A stretch of 64,000 nucleotides of DNA from Phallusia mammillata (lineage: Eukaryota), in NCBI GenBank assembly GCA_965637545.1, contig OZ281496.1:23560001-23624000 (forward strand), written 5' to 3'. The notes under the pieces were generated by a model. It worked only from the letters and a program-made list of their open reading frames with translations, was not told where the DNA came from and searched no databases. Each line of letters begins with the position of its first letter. The first letter of the stretch is position 1. This document shows, in pieces, positions 13,901 to 25,900 of this stretch. The translations under genes and the position numbers were made by a program.

Positions 13901-16900
13901 GGGTGTTTTAAAATTCAACAATTAGGTTTTCTCTTCCAGATATCAACGAATGTATACCTGACCCTTGCGATAACGGAAACTGCACAGATTTGATCAATAA
14001 TTTCATGTGTTCATGTACACCAGGATATACAGGAAGAAACTGTTCAATAGGTAGGTAATATTATGTCCAGAACTGCGTCGGAGATACCAAATTACGTTGA
14101 TTAATAGATATTAACGAATGTGATTCGAGTCCATGTCAAAACAATGCAACATGTGGAGATTTGATCAACGATTTCAATTGTTCATGCGTTCCTGGATACA
14201 CTGGCAAAAACTGCTCCATAGGTAAATATTTTCGGTACTCCAATTGCTCAATAATGCAAACTTAACTTTGACAAAAACACTCTAATAATTGCCCGATTCA
14301 TGCAGAGATTGACGAATGCATACCGGAACCATGTGTTCACGGAAACTGCACAGATTTGGTGAATAACTTCACATGCACTTGCACACCTGGATATACTGGA
14401 AGAAACTGCTCAGTAGGTAAGGTTTCGCAAAATCCGCAATAAATCTCTTGTTTGCAATATGAAACGGTTCTGTTTTAACTAGATATCAACGAATGCGAAT
14501 CAAGGCCATGTCACAACAACGCCACTTGCGATAACTTAATAAACGATTACAACTGCACATGTTTGCCTGGATATACCGACAAAAACTGCTCGACAGGTAT
14601 TTTGCTAATATTTAGTGGAAAGTTAGATTTCGTCGTGTAACGACGCTGTCTTCAGACATTAACGAATGTGAACCACTGCCATGCCAGCACAACTCAACAT
14701 GCACTGATAAAATAGCAGACTACGAATGTGACTGTCAACCAGGATACACGGATAAGAATTGCTCAACAGGTTGAAACTTTGCCACAAAAATGATACATGC
14801 AACAATGATACGAAGCTTGTTGTTCAATAGATATCAACGAATGCATGCCAGGCCCTTGCGATAATGGAAACTGCACAGATTTAATCAACAACTACACTTG
14901 TTCATGTACACCTGGCTACACGGGAAGAAATTGCAGCATAGGTAACTCACGGTCTAACTCTAACTTGACCAAAGTTGTAGCATTGAAAAATACGAAATAT
15001 TATTTGTTTGGTACAGATATTAACGAGTGCGATTCGAGCCCTTGTGAAAATAACGCAACATGTGGAAATTTGGTAAACGATTACAATTGTACTTGTCGAC
15101 CAGGATTCACGGGCAAAAACTGCTCTATCGGTATGTTTTTTGTTGAAACAAACCCAACCACAGAATGCAACGAACTAATTTGCAGATATAAACGAATGTG
15201 AACCAGCACCATGCCAAAACAATTCAACGTGTATTGACAATATAGCAGATTACGAATGCGTTTGTCAACCTGGATATACGGATAAAAATTGCTCAACAAG
15301 TAATAAAACTACATGTTTGTGGGTGTTTTAAAATTCAACAATTAGGTTTTCTCTTCCAGATATCAACGAATGTATACCGGACCCTTGCGATAATGGAAAC
15401 TGCACAGATTTGATCAATAATTTCACGTGTTCATGCACACCAGGATACACAGGAAGAAATTGTTCAATAAGTAATATTATGACCAGAATTTAAAAACTGA
15501 GATACCAACTTTAATTATTTAATAGATATTAACGAATGTGATTCGAGTCCATGTCAAAACAATGCAACATGTGGAGATTGGATCAACGATTACAATTGTT
15601 CATGCGTTACTGGATACACTGGCAAAAACTGCTCTATAGGTAAATTTTACAGTACTCAAATAGTTTTTGGGTGCGAAATATCACTTCAACAAAAACACTC
15701 CAATAATTACCCCAAATTCATATAGATATTAACGAATGCATACCAGAGCCATGTGTCCACGGAAACTGCACAGATTTGGTAAATAACTTCACATGCACTT
15801 GTACACCTGGATATAATGGAAGAAACTGTTCAGTAGGTAAGGTCTCACAAAATCCGCAACAATCTTATTTGTTTACAGTATACAAACGGTTGTATTATAA
15901 CTAGATATCAACGAATGCGAAACAAGTCCTTGTCACAACAACGCGACTTGCGGTAACTTAATCAACGATTACAACTGCACATGTTTGCCTGGATATACCG
16001 ACAAAAACTGCTCAACAAGTAAGTTAGGTGAACACACATAAAAAGGGATTTTGAAAGAAAAATTTTGCTCACAGACATCGATGAATGCCAGTCGGCACCA
16101 TGCCAACACAACTCAACATGCACTGATAAAATAGCAAACTACGATTGTGACTGTCAACCTGGATACACGGACAAGAATTGCTCAACAGGTTAAAACTTTG
16201 TCACGAAAATAAAACATGAAACACTGATACAAAGCTTATTGTTCCACAGATACCAACGAATGCATGCCAGACCCTTGCGATAATGGAAACTGCACAGATT
16301 TAATCAACAACTACACTTGTTCATGTACACCTGGCTACATGGGAAGAAACTGCAGCATAGGTAACTCACGGCCTTATGTGACAAAACTTTCAGTAGTGCC
16401 AAATACCAAATTCTATTTGTTTGACGCAGATATTAACGAGTGCGATTCCGGCCCTTGTGAAAATAACGCAACATGTAGAAATTTGGTAAACGATTACAAT
16501 TGTACTTGTCGATCAGGATTCACTGGCAAAAACTGCTCTATCGGTATGTGTTTGTTAAAACAAACCCAAACACAGAATGAAACGAACTAATTTGCAGATA
16601 TAAACGAATGTGAACCAGCACCATGCCAAAACAATTCAACGTGTATTGACAATATAGCAGATTACGAATGCGTTTGTCAACCTGGATATACGGATAAAAA
16701 TTGCTCAACAGGTAATAAAACTACATGCTTGTTAGTGATGGGACGATACCAGGATTTGAAGCGAGTACCGATACCGAGTACGAGTACCACACGTATATAC
16801 CTTCGATACCGAGTACTTAAGTGTAGTGTTGTACTTAGTTGTATATTAGTGGCTAATTTTTCTGCCATGGTCGGGGTACAGGCGTGCACACACACATGCA

Positions 16901-19900
16901 GAAAACTGTAATCTCCACGTGACAGAGAAAAAGATATACGTAAACTGGCGGAACGTTAATCCAAATTTGTGCTGTCCGAAGCCAATATAGGCATAAAGTT
17001 GCCAGTATTCTTATGGTGTAAATCGGCCTTGGTACTCGCATGTTGGTATCGAAAACTGGGACAAAATATTTCGATACCGAGTATCGATAACACTGAAATC
17101 GTTCGATACCATCGATACCGAGTACCGAGTACCGGGTACCCGGCCCATCACTAATGCTTGTGGATGTTTTAAAATTCAACAATAAGTTTTTCTCTTCCAG
17201 ATATCAACGAATGTATACCGGACCCTTGCGATAATGGAAACTGCACTAATTTGATCAATAATTTCACGTGTTCATGCACACCAGGATACACAGGACGAAA
17301 TTGTTCAATAAGCAAGTAATCATATAAAGAGATCACAAACTGAGATACTAACTTTCGTTATTTAATAGATATTAACGAATGTGATTCGAGTCCATGTCAA
17401 AACAATGCAACATGTGGAGATTTGATCAACGATTACAACTGTTCATGCATTCCTGGATATACAGGCAAAAACTGCTCAATAGGTACAGTCTTCTCACACA
17501 AATCGATGTCAGGAATTCTGCAAGTTTTTGTTTTGGGAATTAAAGTAACAATTTCTGAACTTTATACAGATATTAACGAGTGCTTTTCGGAACCATGTAT
17601 TTACGGAAACTGCACAGATTTGGTGAATAACTTCACATGCACTTGCACACCTGGATATACTGGAAGAAACTGTTCAGTAGGTAAGGTTTCGCAAAATCCG
17701 CAATAAATCTCTTGCGTGCAGTATAAAACGGTTGTACTTCAACTAGATATCAATGAATGCGAAACAAGTCCTTGTCACAACAACGCGACTTGCGGTAACT
17801 TAATGAACGATTACAACTGCACATGTTTGCCTGGATATACTGACAAAAACTGCTCAACAGGTAATTTGTTAGAGGAAAGTTAAATTTCGTCGTGTGATAA
17901 TGCCTTATTCAGACATTGACGATTGTGAACCACTGCCATGCCAACACAACTCAACATGCACTGATAAAATAGCAGATTACCAATGTGATTGTCAACCTGG
18001 ATACATGGACAAGAATTGCTCAACAGGTTGAAATTTTGCCACAAAAATGCTGCATGATCCACTGATACAAAGCTTGTTGTTCAATAGATATCAACGAATG
18101 CATGCCAGACCCTTGCGAAAATGGAAACTGCACAGATTTAATCAACAACTACACTTGTTCATGTACACCTGGCTACATGGGAAGAAATTGCAGCATAGGT
18201 AACTCACGGTCTAACTTGACCAAAGTTGTAGTGTTCATTGAAAATACGAAATATTATTTGTTTGGTACAGATATTAACGAGTGCGATTCAAGCCCTTGTG
18301 AAAATAATGCAACATGTGGAAATTTGGTAAACGATTACAATTGCACTTGTCGACCAGGATTCACGGGCAAAAACTGCTCTATCGGTATGTTTTTGTTAAA
18401 ACAAACCCAACCACAGAATGCAACGAACTAATTTGCAGATATAAACGAATGTGAACCAGCACCATGCCAAAACAATTCAACGTGTATTGACAATATAGCA
18501 GATTACCAATGCGTTTGTCAACCTGGATATACGGATAAAAATTGCTCAACAGGTAATAAATCTACACGCTTGTGGATGTTTTAAAATTCAACAATAAGTT
18601 TTTCTCTTCCAGATATCAACGAATGTATACCGGACCCTTGCGACAATGGAAACTGCACAGATTTGATCAATAATTTCACGTGTTCATGCACACCAGGATA
18701 TACAGGAAGAAATTGTTCAATAAGCAAGTAATCATATAAAGAGATCAAAAACTGAGAAACTAACTTTCGTTATTTAATAGATATTAACGAATGCGATTCG
18801 AGTCCATGTCAAAACAATGCAACATGTGGAGATTTGATCAACGATTACAACTGTTCATGCATTCCTGGATATACAGGCAAAAACTGCTCAATAGGTACAG
18901 TCTTCTCACACAAATCGATGTCATTAATACTGCAAGTTTTTGTTTTGGGAATTAAAGTAATAATTTCTGAACTTTATACAGATATTAACGAGTGCTTTTC
19001 GGAACCATGTATTTACGGAAACTGCACAGATTTGGTGAATAACTTCACATGCACTTGCACACCTGGATATACTGGAAGAAACTGTTCAGTAGGTAAGGTT
19101 TCGCAAAATCCGCAATAAATCTCTTGCGTGCAGTATAAAACGGTTGTACTTCAACTAGATATCAACGAATGCGAAACAAGTCCTTGTCACAACAACGCGA
19201 CTTGCGGTAACTTAATGAACGATTACAACTGCACATGTTTGCCTGGATATACTGACAAAAACTGCTCGACAGGTAATTTGTTAGAGGAAAGTTAAATTTC
19301 GTCGTGTGATAATGCCTTATTCAGACATTGACGATTGTGAACCGCTGCCATGCCAACACAACTCAACATGCACTGATAAAACAGCAGACTACGAATGTGA
19401 CTGTCAACCTGGATACATGGACAAGAATTGCTCAACAGGTTGAAATTTTGCCACAACAATGCTGCATGATTCACTGATACAAAGCATATTTTTCAACAGA
19501 TATCAACGAATGTATGTCAGAACCTTGCGATTTTGGAAACTGCACAGATTTAATCAACAACTACACTTGTTCATGTACACCTGGCTATACAGGAAGAAAT
19601 TGCAGCATAGGTAACATACGGGGCCTATGAGACAAAAATAGTAGCAATGCAAAATACCGAATATTATTTGTTTGATGCAGATATAAATGAATGCGATTCA
19701 AGCCCTTGCGAAAATAACGCAACATGTGGAAATTTGGTAAACGATTACAATTGCACTTGTCGACCAGGATTCACGGGCAAAAACTGCTCTATGGGTACGT
19801 TTTTGTTTGAATCTAAACCAAACACAGAATGCAAGAAACTAATTTGCAGATATAAACGAATGCGAACCAGCACCATGCCAACACAATTCAACGTGTATTG

Positions 19901-22900
19901 ACAACATAGCAGATTACCAATGCGTTTGTCAACCTGGATACACGGATAAAAATTGCTCAACTGGTAATAAAATTACATGTTTGTGGATGTTTTAAATTTA
20001 AATAAAAAGTTTTTCTCTTCCAGATATTAACGAATGCATACCGGACCCTTGCGATAATGGAAACTGCACTAATTTGATCAATAATTTCACGTGTTCATGC
20101 ACACCAGGATACACAGGAAGAAATTGTTCAATAAGTAAGTAATTTTATAAAGAGTTAAAAAACTGAGATACTAACTACTGTTATTTAACAGATATTAACG
20201 AATGTGATTCGAGTCCATGTCAAAACAATGCAACATGTGGAGATTCGATCAACGATTACAATTGTTCGTGTGTTCCTGGATACACTGGCAAAAACTGCTC
20301 TATAGGTAAATTTTTACAGTACTCAAATAGCTCTTTGTTTCAAAATATCACCTTGACAACTAGAAGGGTGGCTTTCTGATATACTTCCATTTTATATATT
20401 CTATACGATATTTACCAATTTACTATACACATAATTTGATCTACACATATGATTGTTTTTGTAAACAGAAACTAATGGGTCCCCATACGCTGTTTGTGCG
20501 GATTTACGGTAAACAAACGTTGCGGTGACTTTTAGATTTTTAGGAACAAATTTTTAGAAAGCATTAACCCAACAATAAAAATTTTTTGTTCGTATTCTTT
20601 TTGCACTATTATTGTCATATAATTACAAATACTAAAAAAAGAACAAAACAAATAATTTCAATTGATTCTCTTGCTTTGACCCAGATATTGTCGTCCAAGG
20701 TCGGGTTTTAAACACATTTTTTTCTAGAAAGCTGTAACAGTTGTGTTACAGACACTTTAAATTAAAAAGCAATTTGCTACAAGTGTACACATAACAAATT
20801 GTTTTTTATTTAACTTTGTTTCGCAAAACCATTGACCTGTAGTAACCTCTCAGGGTGCACACGCCAAACGACTGTTTGACCTGTTGACACCGTTTTCAAT
20901 AGCACTGTTCAACAACACCGTTTAACCTAATTTATACATGCCTTGAGCGTTGATTCCTAAATTTGTTGCAAAAAACGCTACGTTATGACGAAAGAAAGTT
21001 CGTGTTGGTAATACCTACTAGTTGACCTTAAGTAACCCGTGGTCATGCGGCGGCCGACCTGACAACGAGCATTTAAAAAAACATTTATCACGAAAAATTC
21101 GTAACGGTGTTGTAATGCCTACAAGTTGACCTTTAGTGACCCATGGTTATGAGACGGCAAAGCTGACAACGAGAATTTAAAGATCATTTATTGAGGCGTT
21201 CGAAAAAGTTAAGTTTATTAAATTTCATATTTATGTTGATCAACGATGTTTTGCCTGACATAAACGAAACCGAACTACGTTTATCGAGTTCGAATTACGT
21301 CTTAGGTGTAAAACCTGCGCCAAAACTGAAAATGCGCGTGATAACTTAATAAAACGACACAGCATTGCTGCACACACAAAAACTGATTACTAATCACCGA
21401 AACGACTGTCTCGTAAAACGTCTGTCCAGACGTCAAGCTGAGCACTCCCGCTCTGCCGCCTTAATCGTAAACCAGTGAATTCCTCCCTTGGGACTTATAT
21501 CTGACTGATAGCGTACACATATTATGGATTGTAAAGGTAACTGGCAAAATTTTAAATACTAAACGAATATCCTGCTTAAACAATTGTTAACTTTTTCAAA
21601 TATTTCTGCACCATAGGGCATGTATTTCTGCCTTAAAACTAAAACCGTTTATTTCGGGGTTTAAAGGGTAAAAAATGGGTGAATCCGAAAAAAAGATACA
21701 AAATTCTTTAAAAAACTTTACATTGCACCAAACAACAAAGCATGAAACTCCTAGATGCTGTACTTTAGTCAGTACAGCCGTTTCAAAAATTTTACGTTTT
21801 GGGGGCCTGTGGGTGAACCGCTGGGTCAATCGGGGTCAAACTTCAGGAGGATCAAATTTGGATTATTAACTAACATCTCTGTAAATTTGAATAAATTTGG
21901 AGCACTCTTTCTTGACCAAACGCGTCTCACAAGCCAGCGTTAGACAGAAAAAAGAATACGGACAAAAACAATATGTGTCCCCTTCAGGGAAGGGGACCTA
22001 TAATAACACTCCAATAATTACCCCAAATTCATTCAGATATTGATGAATGTACACCGGAACCATGCGTTCACGGAAACTGCACAGATTTGGTGAATAACTT
22101 CACATGCACTTGCACACCTGGATATACTGGAAGAAACTGCTCAGTAGGTAAGGTCTCACAAAAACAGCAAATCATCTCTTGTTTACAATACAAAACGGTT
22201 GTGTTTCAACTAGATATTAACGAATGCGAAGCAAGTCCTTGTCACAACAACGCGACTTGCGGTAACTTAATCAACGATTACAACTGCACATGTTTGCCTG
22301 GATATACTGACAAAAATTGCTCGACAGGTAATTTGTTAATAATTAGAGGAAAGTTAAATTTCGTCGTGTAATAATGCCTTCTTCAGACATAGACGATTGT
22401 GAACCGCTGCCATGCCAGCACAACTCAACATGCACTGATAAAATAGCAGACTACGAATGTGATTGTCAACCAGGATACACGGACAAGAATTGCTCAACAG
22501 GTTGAAACTTTGCCACAAAAATGATACATGAAACACTGATACAAAGCTGATTGTTTAACAGACATTGACGAATGTACGCCAGACCCTTGCGATACTGGCA
22601 ATTGCACAGATTTAATCAACAACTACACGTGTTCATGTACACCTGGCTACACGGGACGCAACTGCACCTTCGGTAACGTACCATACATTTCCAAAGCTGT
22701 TTTGGATTGTTTTGCAAAAAAACTATTTTTTTGTACAGATATTAACGAATGCGATTCAAGTCCTTGTGAATACAACGCAACATGTGGAAATTTAATAAAC
22801 GATTTTAATTGCACATGTTTGCCTGGATATACTGGCAAAAACTGCTCTATTGGTACGTTTTACTTCATGCTATGGTTGAAAAGTATCGCTCAAATAATAA

Positions 22901-25900
22901 ACCGATCAATAATTTCCCTGACGCAAACAGATATTGACGAATGCATACCGGAACCATGCGTTCACGGAAACTGCACAGATTTGGTGAATAACTTCACATG
23001 CACTTGTACACCTGGATATACAGGGAATAACTGTTCAGTGGGTAAGGTCTAAAAAATTAGTTAATGTTGTCGCGCTATTATACAACGTTTTACCTTACAA
23101 CTTGTAATACCGTAGATATTAACGAATGCGAATCAAGTCCATGCGAAAACAACGCCACTTGTGGAGATTTAATCAACGACTACGTTTGTACATGTTTGTC
23201 AGGATATACTGACAAAATCTGCTCGACAGGTAAGTTTTGTGAATATATGGCAAATACAATACTGCAGCTGCATCACGTATTGCTTTACTACATCTGCAGA
23301 CATAGACGAATGTGAGCCGTCACCATGCCAACACAATGCAACGTGCATTGATGAAATAGCGGATTACGATTGTATTTGTCAACCTGGATTTACCGACAAG
23401 ATCTGTTCAACAAGTAATAATAAATTTTACAAAGCCAAAGGACATTCTTGCCTTTTAAAACAATTATTGCTTAACAGATATAGACGAATGTACAGCACCC
23501 TCTTGTGATTTTGGAAACTGCACAGATTTAATCAACAACTACACTTGTTCATGTACACCTGGCTATACGGGAAGAAATTGCAGCATAGGTAACTTATAGC
23601 GCATGTAGCAAACCATTTTGAACTTTTATGCAAAAACTGATTTATCGGTGCAGATATTAATGAATGCGAGTCAAGGCCTTGCGAAAACAACGCAACATGT
23701 AAAGATTTAACAAACGATTTCAATTGTACTTGTTTACCCGGATATACTGGGAGAAACTGCTCTATCGGTAAGTCTCATCGTACAGTGATTTTGCAATATA
23801 GTCGGATGTTATTTTACTTGTGGTACAGTATGTTTTCGTTTTGACCTTCGTTGCATGTTGTAATGTATAAAAGGGCTATTAAATCTGATGATAACTTAAA
23901 CTTTTCGTATAATGCAACAAATGCGCGTGGAAAACACTGTTACTTCGTGTTATTTAAACTTTAAACGAAAGAGTACTTGCCATCAAAAATGCGTTGAAAA
24001 TACCCAAGGTACCTGAGGTTGTGAAGTCTCGGTTTCACTTGCTAGAGTAGAAATTAAATCGAAGTTAGAGATTGTGCGTCTGCGTGTAAGTATTGCTGCG
24101 CATTGTCCGCTAAATTGCCAATTTATACACACTACGTCATATTCAATGATGTATCAACATCTGAAATACATTGAGCTTGAACTTTAGTAGGTGTAGTCAT
24201 TTAGAAACTTCTATAATTTTGGTGCCTGTGGTTCTTCCGAAATCAAAGTTAAAAGTTACAGTACACAGCCTTGGATAACTATCTATCTCGTGTGTAATTT
24301 TGAAATAGTTAAAACTATTTTTCCTTGTCCAAAAGGCTAGGTTCATATGTTAAAAGAAAACGCATAAAAACAAAATACGACTACCATGACACTGATTTTG
24401 AATGTTCAGATATTGATGAATGTGCCAGTGATCCTTGCAATTTCCAGGGAACGTGTAATGATCAAGTTAATGGATTTCATTGCGAATGTCTGAATGGCTA
24501 TTCTGGCCCAGACTGTTCAATACGTAAGTATTAAACTTCATACAGTTAAGTACAACACTATCCGGAAATTTGAGACCAGAACCATAACGTGATATATGAG
24601 CGAAAATACCCCAGTTACAGTGAATAACTGTGTACCATTTTTCTCTGAAAGGGGCATTAAATAATTGCTACGATATAATACTCTTAGCCTGTCTGCTTTC
24701 TCAATGGTATTAAAATAGCCCGCACAAACTACTATTAAATTTACAAACAAGAATGTTGCCAGGCGAAGTCATTGCCGGTTTGACATGGCAAGTAAACTGG
24801 CAGACGGTGTTCAATACGTTGCCGACCACTAACTATGCGATACATATTAAAACATTTTTACTCGAAAAAGGAAACGTATTGCAGTGGCAGAGCAAAATCT
24901 GGTCGCAAATAAACTTCTAAGTTTATGTTTAGTTCCGGAGATTTGCCACAGTGCAATGTGTCATCAATACGCGACGTGTTTTACAAATACATCGCAGTTT
25001 TATTGCATATGTAACAGAGGATTTGAGGGTGATGGAAATCGCTGCCAGCGTAAGTCTTTTTGTATAGGCTTTACTTTATTCGTAAGACTTTTATTATAAC
25101 CTATGCTACATTAGTGAGTTTTTTATTCCAACATGTATTGGTAAGTCTTATGCATTATATTTGTAAATCTTTAACTAGAATATATGTCTTTGGTAACGTA
25201 CGAAACTGAACAATTTTGTTAGCGTTTTGCTTGCCTGGTGTGGTATTTGACGAAACAACAAATCGCAATTACACCTTCTCGAGATCCAGTCTAAGTGATT
25301 CCGCTAGTTCAATGGAAAACTGCTCCAGTGGTAAGTTAAACTGCTGTCATACTCGAGTTCATAAGTAACCACTACTAGTCTATAGTGTATTGTGAACGCA
25401 GGTGGAAGATCAATAGCATCAGTAAACTGTCTTCTCGACACAGACGATCAAACAAAGGCAACATTCCAAAACATTCGAGCACTAGATTGTAATCAAAGCA
25501 TAGCAGCAGCTCTTTCAGTTCAAGTAAGCTTTGTAAATAACTAATACTCCAAAGCACAAGTACGACATTTGTTAGTCAACAAAGGTGGTGATTTCAAAAG
25601 CGTGCTCACAACAACGCATCTTTGTTTTAGATTCGAGCGACAACAGAAGCAGTGGCAGAATCATTGTCCAAACTAAAACTATTAACATCAACCAATGTTA
25701 GTTCAACCGACGCCAACGCCGTAGCGGATGCTTTGATAAGCATCACCTTACTTGATCCGGAAAAAGTTAATGTAAGCAACAAATAAGAAACAATTTGGTG
25801 ACCTTTAAACCTTCAATGAAAGTTTTGTTTGTCTGCACGTTCTAGATCAGCGCATCTACTCTTCTCGATGCGTTTTTAGCCATTGATCAAATCACAGGCT

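Larger units (their letters stand above)
8326..25049 (+). repeat. Array of 69 single-exon EGF modules (68 calcium-binding type plus one terminal EGF)
   Basis: Phase 1-1 exons of 111/114 nt (last one 117) start at 8326, 8755, 9503, 9946, 10582, 10758, 10930, 11103, 11271, 11477, 11654, 11827, 12002, 12182, 12352, 12526, 12694, 12893, 13070, 13243, 13418, 13598, 13766, 13940, 14108, 14306, 14483, 14656, 14831, 15017, 15186, 15360, 15526, 15726, 15905, 16075, 16250, 16430, 16598, 17201, 17369, 17570, 17747, 17913, 18088, 18271, 18439, 18613, 18781, 18982, 19159, 19325, 19500, 19681, 19850, 20024, 20192, 22037, 22214, 22387, 22562, 22739, 22931, 23116, 23300, 23478, 23654, 24410 and 24933. Consensus DINEC..xPC..xxxC.D/N....Y/F.C.C.PGYTG.NC. 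Confidence 0.95.

Noticed and set aside
10582-23767. Regular repeat-spacer periodicity resembling a CRISPR array
   Set aside because: The repeats are protein-coding exons with GT-AG introns in a eukaryotic gene; no cas genes are present.
8326-25049. Identification as Notch, Crumbs, fibrillin or fibropellin
   Set aside because: The EGF consensus is Notch-like and CUB+EGF recalls fibropellin, but there are no LNR/ankyrin, laminin-G, TB or avidin domains, and the frame continues into GAIN/GPS and a 7TM.
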